Shown here: piece after piece, positions 35,832 through 45,752 of the stretch
Numbering within the stretch: the stretch's first letter is position 1
Layout of the letters: each line of letters starts with the position of its first letter
DNA from: Chromera velia
Taxonomy: Eukaryota
DNA length: 49,041 bases
Reading direction: 5' to 3'
NCBI GenBank assembly: GCA_018398765.1
Contig: JAHBMJ010000372.1
Span: 1 to 49,041, forward strand
Position numbers and translations under genes: made by a program
Notes under the pieces: model-generated
Told to the model about the DNA's origin: nothing
The model's input: the letters and a program-made list of their open reading frames with translations, nothing else
Databases searched by the model: none

Positions 35832-37439
35832 GAGAAATGCACAGATCCCTTTTTCGGCATTCTTTGCTTCTTGCAGATTGGATAGCGCAGACATCGCTCT
35901 CTGCCTAGCTCTCTGCATTCATTCTCGGATTCATCCCGCCCCCCAGAGAGAAGCGCACAGATCCCTCTCTCTACATTGAAATTTCTTTGCTTTCTTCTTA
36001 TAAACCTAAATATAAACCTTTTTATTTTCCTTGCATCTTTAATTTCTAACTTTCAGCAAAAATAAAAAATAAAGAGACGTATGTGTTGTTAGAACTTCAT
36101 GGCCCTCATGTGGGCATTCCCTCATGCAGATAGTCAGCCTTCAGACGGTCTATGTTCGTACACCTCACCTGGAGGAGTGAGTGTCTCAGTTCATTGCACC
36201 TGACTCCATATTCTCCCATCGCTTTGTTTCTTTGTATGAAATTCAATATGCATCTACATATGACTGTAGTCCATGCATGCATATAATTAATTGCCTGTTT
36301 AATTACTTCCAGAATAATTCGTACGCCACACCGCGAAAGCGCTCTGCATGCGCGCGGCCATATACAGACTTGTATGGCCCACCCGCGTCCATCACTATCA
36401 AAGTCATAAGCTCATTTAGAATTTCACTCTTTCATCTAAGTCTAGATCTAAAGTGAAGTCTAGAGCTAAGTCTAAAGTGAATCTTTAGATATTAATCCTA
36501 TCCTATCCTATCCTATCTAGGCCCTGCACTAGCTAAATAAAAAAAGAAAGAAAAAAAAAAATTGCTAGTTTTTTATTTTTTTTTTATTTATCCACTAAAC
36601 AACAGTTCTAGCAACAGTTACTTTTTATGCACTGGTGTTGTGTGCCGCCCTAGTGTGGGTCCCACACGGCTGCCCAGATGACCCCAGCATGTCCATGCCC
36701 TGCAGTGGTGCGGGCCCTGGCGTCAGTGCATTTATTCCATCCGCTGCATGCGCACTAATAATTCAGGTTGAGCACAATTCTCTCTGCTCTTGTTCTCCTG
36801 ACTGATCGATGAAATCTGATCTTTCCTCCTAGCTGACACACTTCACGTGACTGGATCAGTCTGCACATGCAATCTACAAGAAGAAGCCATCTGCAAAGCG
36901 GATTCTTTACGACGTTGTGTAACATATCGCTGTCACATCGGGGCACAGCCTTCAAATGAGGGACACGTTTCATCTGTACATGACCGCAGAGGCGGAAAAA
37001 GAGATCGAGGGTGGAGTTAGAAACTGATGGCCGCCTTCCTCACGGGTTTGGCTACTGCCGGCCTGTCAATGAACATGTGGAAAACGCCGGTGGAGAGGGA
37101 GAGGGGGGAGCAGAGGGGCGGTAGAGGAGACAGAGGAGGCAGAACAATTTTGGGAGGGGCTGTTCTTTGTCGGAGGAGAATTCATCAAGACAGTGTACGA
37201 GTGCGATCAGACGCCGAAAGAATTTTCCACCACCGACATCAAAACGATCCACGTCAGTCCGTTCGACTCAGTCAGTCACTGACAGGCAAATGCAGGCAGG
37301 CAGTGGCAGATAGGCACGCAGGCAGAAAAATGAAATGGTTTGTTCTCCCCCACTTTCTCTCTTGAAATTCCCCCTTCTTTTCTTTTGCAAATAACATAGA
37401 CAGACTCAATCTGGCTGACAAGGGGAATGGAAAGCAGCC

Positions 37440-39012
37440 GAACTGCCCGATCCTGCCTGACTTTTTGATGGACTGTCTGTCAGTGACTGCGTGGCAGTGA
37501 ATGCCTGATTGACTGAAAGCCCGACTGCCTGCCTGACTGCTTGAGAGACTTGTCTCCCTGACTATCTGACAGACGCACTGCTTGACTGCCTACCGGTCTG
37601 CCTGCCTGCCAGGTCCTGCCAGCCTAACTAATTGACTAACTAAGTGCCCCCCTGTCTGCCTGTCCGCCTGCATGCCTGACTGACTGACTAACGGACTGCC
37701 TGCATACCTGACTGGCTGTCTGGCTGCCTGCCTGACTGACTAACATACTGCCTGACCGAGTGAATGACTGCCTGACTGACTGACTGAGTGACTTGGCAGT
37801 GCCTGCCTTACTGACTGACTGCCTAACTCCCTGCTAGACTCCCTGACTGTCTGATTAACTAACTGCCTGACTGAGTGACTGACTGCCTGATTGCCTGACT
37901 GACTCACTGACTGACTGACTGCCTCTCTGACTGATAACTGCCTGACTGAGTGACTGACTGCCTGACTGACTGGCTGACTAACTGACTGACTAACGTACTG
38001 CCTGACCGAGTGAATGACTGCCTGACTGGCTGCCTCACTGACTGCCTGCCTTACTGACTAACTGTCTGACTGACTGACTGCCTCACTGACTGACTGACTG
38101 ACTGACTCACTGACTAACTTTCTGACTGAGTGAATGACTGCCTGACTGACTGACTACCAGTGGCTGCCTCACTGACTGCCTGCCTTACTGACTGACTGTC
38201 TGTCTCCCTGACTGACTAGGTGACTGACTGACTGACTAACTGCCTGACTGAGTGGCTGACTGCCTGACTGACTGACTGCCTGCTAGGACTGCCTGACTGA
38301 CTAACTGCCTGCCTGATTGCCTGACAGACTTGTCTCCCTGACTCCCTCACTATCTGAAACGGACCGCTTGACTGCCTACCGGTCTGCTTCTAGGGCCCTA
38401 GTCTAGGGCCTGCCCGCCTGCCTTACTGACTAACTGCCTGCCTGCCCGCCTGCATACCTGACTGCGTACCGCTGCGTGCCTGACAGACTGCCTGCCTGCC
38501 TTACTGACTAACGCTGACTGAGTGACTGACTGTCTGATTGCCTGACTGACTGACTGACTGCTTTTTTGACTGAGTGACTGACTGTCTGATTGAGTTATTG
38601 CCTGACCGAGTGAATGACTGCCTGACTGCCTAACTAACTGACTGACTGACTGCCTGACTGACTGACTGTCTAACTCCCTGACTGAGTGACTAAGTGACTG
38701 ACTAACTGACTGACAGAGTGACTGCCTAACTGACTGACTGACTGATTGACTGACTGCTTGATTGCCTGACTGACTGACTGGCTGCCTCACTGACTGCCTG
38801 CCTTACTGACTGAGTCAGACTGCCTAACTCCCTGACTGACTAAGTGACTGACTGAGTCAGACTGACTAGCTGCCAGTGACTGATTAACGCTGACTAACTG
38901 ACTGACTGACTGACTCAGTCTGACTGACTGCATGACTGACTGACTGACGGAGTGACTGCCTGCCTGCCTGCCTGCGTGAGTCAGCGTGACCAACTAACTG
39001 CCTCCCTGCCTG
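37440..39012. repeat. 1.6-kb degenerate (CTGA/CTGC)n tetranucleotide satellite with higher-order duplications
   Basis: Continuous gact/gcct tetramers. Longer blocks recur, for example gacttgtctccctgact...cttgactgcctaccggtctgc at about 37547 and about 38327. Confidence 0.93.
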
Positions 39013-40605
39013 CTTGGTGAGCGACGACAGACAGAAATAGGCACAAGAAAAGCTAACACGCGAATGAAGAGGGGAGGGGGGCAAGGGCAAGGGTGTGAGG
39101 ATGCATATAAGAGAGAGACTGACACGTTGCATACCTTGTGTGTGCATGCATTCCTGCAGCGATGGTCGACATGGGGGGCGAGCAGAATGGGGACTGCAGA
39201 GGTTCTACTTCTCTGCCTCAGCGACGCTCCGGAACTGCCTGCCATCGCTCTCGCCAAGGCCGATGGATCAGTAGACATGGAGGGGATGAGAAGGGCTCTA
39301 GGAAGGGCTCTCTCGATGGTCTCCAGGCCTTCCTGCGAGACCGAAGGGTAAGTGGGTCATTTATGACTTTGCCGATGACCAAAGCTCTCCCATTAATTTT
39401 CCGTTCCTTCCCGTGCATTCATGATATTTGATCATTGAACTGTGAGAATCTCAATTAATTGCACATGCAATCGTGTTACTTCTCTTTGTGTGCCTGCTGA
39501 CAGAGATCTGTTTTGACTCTTCATTTCGGCTGGACAGGAAGAAAGGTGTCATAACTCGGATCAAAAGTCCCAAGATGACACCATATGCAGCTGCCATACC
39601 ATAGGACCCCAGTCTCTGTTCGACGCTGTAGGAGGACGAGTGACACAGATTCATTCAAACTGACCTGATGCTTTCCTCAAATGCAGGATCCCATTGGCAC
39701 AGATGGCGGTCGAACGAGACCCTCTCGCACAGGCAGTGAGGCTGGCGGCACAGGACAGTACGCCTCCAGGTGACGTCCTCTTGGTTTCAAAGTCGGACAC
39801 AACTAAGACGTTCCACAGAGAGGCCCGTCAGCCCTCAAGATTCGACTGGGAGCTTCCCCTCGAACCCCGCCGACCAGTGCCGCGTGCACCTGCACAGCCC
39901 GGAAGTGTCAGGATTTTCGACTGCAGAAAGGTGAGTGATTTGGTATTGTCAAGAGGTGTGAGAAACTGAAATGCTGCATGGGCTAGGAACAAGAGAATTC
40001 AAATCTGACCGATTTGATGTAACAGTTCAAAAGTGAGCACGCAGGAGGAACCTTGCCACATGCAGACAGACTGTGTGGACTTTCTCTTCCACAGACAGGC
40101 AGGCAGGCCCAGAGAGAGAAAGAGGGAAAGAGATGCAGAAAAACGGACACACGTACGCACACCGTCCTCTACCCCCGTGAACGTACTCCCCTGTCGCAGA
40201 TTGCACCCTGGTTTGCCTTCTCTCCTGTCGCTGCCGGAAGGTGTACTGCGTCTCTGACTACTGGAGAAGCCCGACTTGAAAATGGAACTGCATGTGCTTC
40301 TCCTCTTCTCAGGCCCGAAACTTTTGTGATGAAAAGTTTTGTGTTAGTTTCGTTGCTTTGCGAAAACCCGGACACAGAAGTTCTCCTCTTCACTTCCTCG
40401 GTAACTTCCCGCCATGCAGTTCGAAAACTGGGGGACGATGGAGGAAGGGCGCTTCCTAAGTCTGGCCTTGAATGTCTCTTTTTGAGCGTTCTTTCTTTTC
40501 TTGCTCGCAGTCGGGCAGCTGCTGAGCGGCAGGTGAGACTCTGAAGTCACACTCAGCCTGGGTGTTGCAGCCTGGCCTGCGGTTGCGTGTGACGTCGTCT
40601 TGAAA

Positions 40606-41450
40606 TTAGACGAGCTTGAACTTCTCAAGAGACTCTCTCAGGGGGTCGCCCTCCACCGCATCGAAGCCCTGCGCCAGGACAATCAAGTCGGGTTTGAAGA
40701 CACCACGATCTCTTGGAGGCAGTAGTGCAACGGAGCCGATTTGCATGCCCTCCCCCTCATTCACCATCGTCCCGTCCTGTTTGCTTCTCCCTAGCTGTTC
40801 TGTCTCACCATTCCAGAGCCCTCCACATTCAGACCTTCTGGGCGTTCGTCCATCCACCCATCCGCTCATCCATCAACCATCTGTCTGACAGTGTGCTTAA
40901 AAGGAGACGAACTAGGAGACGAAGAAGGAGATCCCCTCTGCTGTCCTTGGAAAAGCCGGAAGGCACCTTTCTTGAAAAGGTGGGCGCGGGCAGAAATCGA
41001 ACGACCAAAAGACCAGCGGGATCGCACACCAGGAAGCTGGAGACGGGCGCTCTCCTCGTCCGTTGAGTGTTCACAGAGCTCTTGCTGTCTTCACGTACGG
41101 AGCCCGTCTCCTGCAACAGAGAAAGATACACTTTAATTGTCTCCTGGGTCGAAAGGAAAAGCAAAATTCAAAACGGCAAGAAACAGCAGAGATCAGACTT
41201 ACCAACCGTCTCATTGTCCTTCTCCACAGATGCTGAGAGATTGCCGGGATCAATCCACCCAGGGGTGTGACTCTCGGGGTCACCACTTCGTCCGCAGTTG
41301 ACACCGGTGCAGGAGAAGAAGCTCACATCATCATCAGAGCACACCTTGTCCGGCAGCATCTGTATATATTTTGAATGATCATTCTGAGCAGTGTCCGAGG
41401 AAACCTGCCTCTTCCCATGAGTAGAAAGGGCCAACTTATTTCTTTCACCT
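40606..41450 (-). pseudogene. Histone deacetylase-family fragment (degenerate)
   Basis: FKPDLIVLAQGFDAVEGDPL (40639-40698) matches the HDAC motif F.PDlvlvsaGFDa..gDPL. Exon-like segments lie upstream. A stop follows shortly after the motif and no D.HhGnG motif was found. Confidence 0.5.
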
Positions 41451-42275
41451 GCATCTTGACAAGCGAAGGCAAAAGGGCGAGAAAAGATGACACAGGTGTC
41501 TCTGGTTAGAAAAAGCAGACGCAAGTGTCTCAAACGCAACACGAGCAGCATCCTCAAGGAAAGAGCACAGGAGCGACCCTGGTCACAGTATCTTCAGTGT
41601 TCACAAAAGAATGAGCTCTTAGTGTTGGCCAACAAGCTAGAGCCAAAAGACGTTGGGTGATGTTTGGTATATAATGTTTGCTGTTCAAACGGTGTTCAAC
41701 GGAGTCGCATGCAAGTGTTGCGTGAAAATATGTAAACTTGCGCGCTGTTTCTGTATGTTTCTGTAACCTCGAAATCATTGAAACTGCACATGTCATATAT
41801 CGATACATTGAAACTGCCTTGCATCGATCTGCCTTGCAGCATCTTGCAGCCTCTACCTCACTCACTGTTCTTGTTATTCAGACCTCCATGGATTCCATAG
41901 CACAAAATAGCACAAATAGGGCGCACTATGGCGCACTTTGAATGGGCACGTCGACCTGTATGGCGTCGCGGGTTCGCCGTCTCCTAGCTGTCTATCGACC
42001 GTCTCCTCAAGTCGATCTTGCTTCGAACGGATTTCGATTGAATGGTTGAAATTTGTAGAAACTCTCCGGTGACTCCGCCTGTGTGGTCAGTACAGAGTGT
42101 TTGAAATAACCTTCCCGGCTTCTTGGCTCACGCGAGCTTGTGCTGAGCAGTTTCTGTCGCTTCAGATCCAGACGGGCTTTACGAGCTATAGACAGGTTAA
42201 TTTTGGTTGCCTCTCTTAAATGGCCTTTGAGTCTGTAGGCGTGAACGGGTGCACCGCTCCGGTGTACTGATTCTC

Positions 42276-44264
42276 ATGTTGAGGAGAAGTCACCCGGCAG
42301 ATGCGCGGGTAGTTGCACACCTGGACATTGACTGCTTTTTTGCCCAGGTCGAAGAGCTCGCTCACCCTGAGCACGCGGGACAGCCGCTCGGTGTGCAGAA
42401 TGCGGAAGTGGCTTCAGTCAACTATGAGGCCAGGCGTTTTGGTTTGTTCAACAGGATTTCAGTCTCTGAAGCGTTGAGGAGGTGTCCGCACCTGGTTCTC
42501 ATCCGAGGTGACAACTCTGAAAATGGAATGCAGAAGTATCGGAAGAAGTCCCTCGAAGTTCTCCGAGTGATCTTCCGTCTCCTTCAGAACACCACCTCTG
42601 TCCGGGATCCCGCTGTAAATATTTCTTTCTCTTCTTCTTCTTCTTCTTCTTCTTCTTCTTCTTCTTCTTCTTCTTCTTCTTCTTCTTCTTCTTCTTCTTC
42701 TTCCTCCTCCTCCTCATGCTCCTCTGCCTCCCCTTCCTCCTCCTCCATCTCAGCGTCTTTGCCTTCAGCCCCCCCAACCTCCGATCAGCTTCCTCTGCCA
42801 GACATTCTGCCGTGCTCCTTTGCTCCTTGTCTGGTGGAGAAGAACAGCTTCGACGACTTCTTCCTCGGCCTCACTGATCAGACTATCACACCACAGCAGC
42901 AGCAGCAGCAGCAGGAGCTGCAGTCTGAGACCTTCAAAAGAGAAGAACCAACGGGGAACTTGCGAGGGGTGCAGTGCCAAGCGACGCTGTCACAGGGGCA
43001 GCGGGGTGTTTTTAAGCACAGCACTGTGGATGGGCAAGGGACAAATGTTCCTTCTTTGACTGAGCAAGGACTGAACGTCCTGGGCATTCTTGAAGACGAG
43101 AGCGAGGCAACAAGCTCGAGCCTCTCTCACCCGGAAAAACTCTTGGTTGCTTCGCACTGGGTGCGTATGCTGAGAGAAAAGATCCGACAGGAAACGGGTC
43201 TCCGAGTGTCTGCCGGCATCGGGTCCTCTCGGTTGGTTTCCATGCTCGCCTCCAAAAGAAGCAAACCAAACGGCCAGACGTGCGTTCTCCCCTCATACCA
43301 GCGTTCGCTCCTGTCGGAGACCCCTATTGAATCTCTGAAGGGGGCAGGCCAACCGTCATTGAAGCTTCTTACCTCCGAGAAGCGCGATGCATTGGCCAAA
43401 CTCCGGCAGTCAGACAAGTCTCTTCGTACACTCGGAGACATTCTCCGAATTCCCCCTGCAGCTCTGCGCAGTCTAGTAGGGGTTGATGTAGCAGCATTAT
43501 TGCTGAACCTAGCACAGGGAAAGGTTCCGACCGAGCCTCCCATTTCTCCTTTCTCCCCCCCACTTACGCTCTCTGTCGAGCTCTGTGTGCGTCCCTCGCC
43601 CTTCGAACCTTTGGAGGCTATCGAGGGGGTGGAGACAAATCTGAACCGTCTCGCACAGATGATCTCTAGCCGTGCTTATGAAGATTCGCGCACGTTCGGC
43701 TCGCGTGCCGTTGACAGACTGACAGTGAAGTGGAAGGAATTCGGCAACTCTGCAAGAGAAGTACACCAGCGCTCCATAGCGTGGCCCCCTTCCCTTTCAG
43801 GGGACCTCGCGAAGAATGGAGGGAGAGGTCGAGGAGAGATATTAAGAGGCCCATCAGCAGCAGCCTCCGGGTCGCAGAGCGCCTCTCTGGATCCAGTTGC
43901 TCTTTCTAGAGCCGCCTTCCAGGTTTTTAGATCTGCTTTGCAGGGGGCAGAGAAGTTTCGTCTCTCCCGAATGGTGCTCTCTCTCCGGTACCGTGCACCG
44001 CCTCGCAGCCCGCCCGCTCTTCCAGTGCCCACCGTGCCACTGGCAGACACACAAAGACCTCTCGCTGCCGGTGTTGCAACGATTGCTTCAGGCTCCTTTC
44101 GTGTTGGAGTGAAAAGAGGCAACCTGACACGAGAGAGCGCTACTGCAGAAGAGCCTTTTGCAAGAAACGTAGAAAGAAAAAAGACAGTGGCTCCAGTTCA
44201 ACCGAAGGAGCGAGGACTTAAGCAGACTACACTCAAGAATCTCTGGCAGAGATCGGGTAAATAA
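42276..44264 (+). CDS. Y-family (UmuC/DinB/IMS) translesion DNA polymerase, Pol iota-like, 662 aa, apparently single exon
   Basis: Motifs are VVAHLDIDCFFAQVE, HPEHAGQPLGVQN, VNYEARRFG, ALRRCPHLVL, KYRKKS, EKNSFDDFFL, GLRVSAGIG and SKRSKPNGQT, with a C-terminal PIP-like QTTLKNLW. The first ATG is at 42276. Confidence 0.92.
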   Translation: MLRRSHPADARVVAHLDIDCFFAQVEELAHPEHAGQPLGVQNAEVASVNYEARRFGLFNRISVSEALRRCPHLVLIRGDNSENGMQKYRKKSLEVLRVIFRLLQNTTSVRDPAVNISFSSSSSSSSSSSSSSSSSSSSSSSSSSSSSCSSASPSSSSISASLPSAPPTSDQLPLPDILPCSFAPCLVEKNSFDDFFLGLTDQTITPQQQQQQQELQSETFKREEPTGNLRGVQCQATLSQGQRGVFKHSTVDGQGTNVPSLTEQGLNVLGILEDESEATSSSLSHPEKLLVASHWVRMLREKIRQETGLRVSAGIGSSRLVSMLASKRSKPNGQTCVLPSYQRSLLSETPIESLKGAGQPSLKLLTSEKRDALAKLRQSDKSLRTLGDILRIPPAALRSLVGVDVAALLLNLAQGKVPTEPPISPFSPPLTLSVELCVRPSPFEPLEAIEGVETNLNRLAQMISSRAYEDSRTFGSRAVDRLTVKWKEFGNSAREVHQRSIAWPPSLSGDLAKNGGRGRGEILRGPSAAASGSQSASLDPVALSRAAFQVFRSALQGAEKFRLSRMVLSLRYRAPPRSPPALPVPTVPLADTQRPLAAGVATIASGSFRVGVKRGNLTRESATAEEPFARNVERKKTVAPVQPKERGLKQTTLKNLWQRSGK

Positions 44265-45077
44265 CATGTGTATGATGACAGTGCATCTATCAATCGAATT
44301 CAGAGTAGTACAGAGTTGTAATATACACGAATGATCACGAGTACCGACGGCTGGGCTTTGCTGACAGCAGCTGACTTCCCTAAGACAGTGATTCATTGAA
44401 TTTTTTCTAGAAAACATTAATAATTCCCTATAGTTGAGTTTATTTTTAATTGTCATCAGTAATTTTGACCTACTACTTCAATAGTATATACAGATCAATT
44501 CTTTTAAATAAAAATGTAATTAACTTCTATCTTAATTATTCAAGATTTTATCTAGATTCAAACGTTAATTTCTTCCCAGCATTCTTCAAAGTTCCAAACT
44601 GTCGGATAAAGCCATTAAACATGCAAGTAAGGCATGTTATACAGAACTTGAACTTTGTGTGACCCATGTCTCATTTCTTGTTTACTCTTTTTAATACTGA
44701 TTCTATTATGAATCACTCAAACCAGAAAGAAAGCAACTAAGTCGGAGCAAGCCAAGTTATGGGCTTTTTGTCATATTTCCGAGCCACTCTTGTCTTGATT
44801 GATATTTGTATTCCTCTTTCTGATCGAATCTGCTTGAACCGTTTCATCGGATTCCATGCATGCAGAGTCCCAGTGAAGAAAACGAATGCATACATAGACA
44901 CCAACAGACTTAATCGGGGATCAAACATGAAAAGCAGGGGCTAGTGTGAGCATAGAAAACACACACACAATTATGATATCCAGGGACTCAACAGCAAGGC
45001 AAGAAGCGTTTTTGTTTCTGTGTGTGTCCGAGTCACTCATCTGGAGGAACGGGTAAAGAAAAGTGAGACCGATATTG

Positions 45078-45222
45078 TTTGTCTGTCTGTCTGTCTGTCT
45101 GTCTTTGTCTGCCTGTCTGTCTGTCTGTCTGCCTGTCTTTGTCTGTCTGTCTTTGTCTGTCTGTCTGTCCACCTGTCTTTGTCTGTCTGTCTGTCTGTCT
45201 GTCTTTGTCTGTCTGTCTGTGA
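45078..45222. repeat. (GTCT)n microsatellite
   Basis: Directly visible. Confidence 0.93.
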
Positions 45223-45577
45223 GTCAGTGGTTTTGGATTTCGGACAGAAAAACGAAAGGAACAGCCGATGACAAAAAGAGGACAAGGCAAAGAAACATAC
45301 TATGAAGTGACCCGTCAAGCAACATGAGAAGCACACAGATTGGCAGTCTGCCACACTGACTTCAGATAGGCCGATAGAGATGCAGGCAAACGCATTGGTG
45401 GACAGGCAAACAATGACAGACAGTCAGGCGGACATAGAATTGGACAGACAGACAGATTCTATGCTCTTTTCATTTCTCCTCTCTTCTCCTTTTCAAGTAT
45501 ACACAGATAGGGAGATAGGATGTACTGCTCTTCACTAGGCTCTTCATTTCTCTTCTGCAATTCTTTTCGTTTTCCGA

Positions 45578-45611
45578 CTTTCTTTCTTTCTTTCTTTGAC
45601 TTTCTTTCTGA

Positions 45612-45661
<50 letters not shown>

Positions 45662-45665
45662 GTCG

Positions 45666-45701
<36 letters not shown>

Positions 45702-45752
45702 GTCCATCTATCTGTCTGTCCATCTATCTGTCTGTCTGTCTGTCTGTCTGTG
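45578..45752. repeat. Compound (TTTC)n/(TGTC)n/(TATC)n microsatellite
   Basis: Directly visible. Confidence 0.93.

Noticed and set aside
38398..38993. SQSV-repeat ORFs
   Set aside because: They are translations of the (CTGA)n satellite.
39160..40544. Plus-strand multi-exon hypothetical gene (39160-39347, 39687-39930, 40200-40544)
   Set aside because: The splice phases can be joined, but there is no recognisable product or start codon. Intron composition favours the minus strand, whose frames contain stops. It is not supportable as an intact gene.
42249..42275. GTG start proposed by the ORF track for the polymerase
   Set aside because: This is a eukaryotic gene, and the first in-frame ATG at 42276 immediately precedes motif I.
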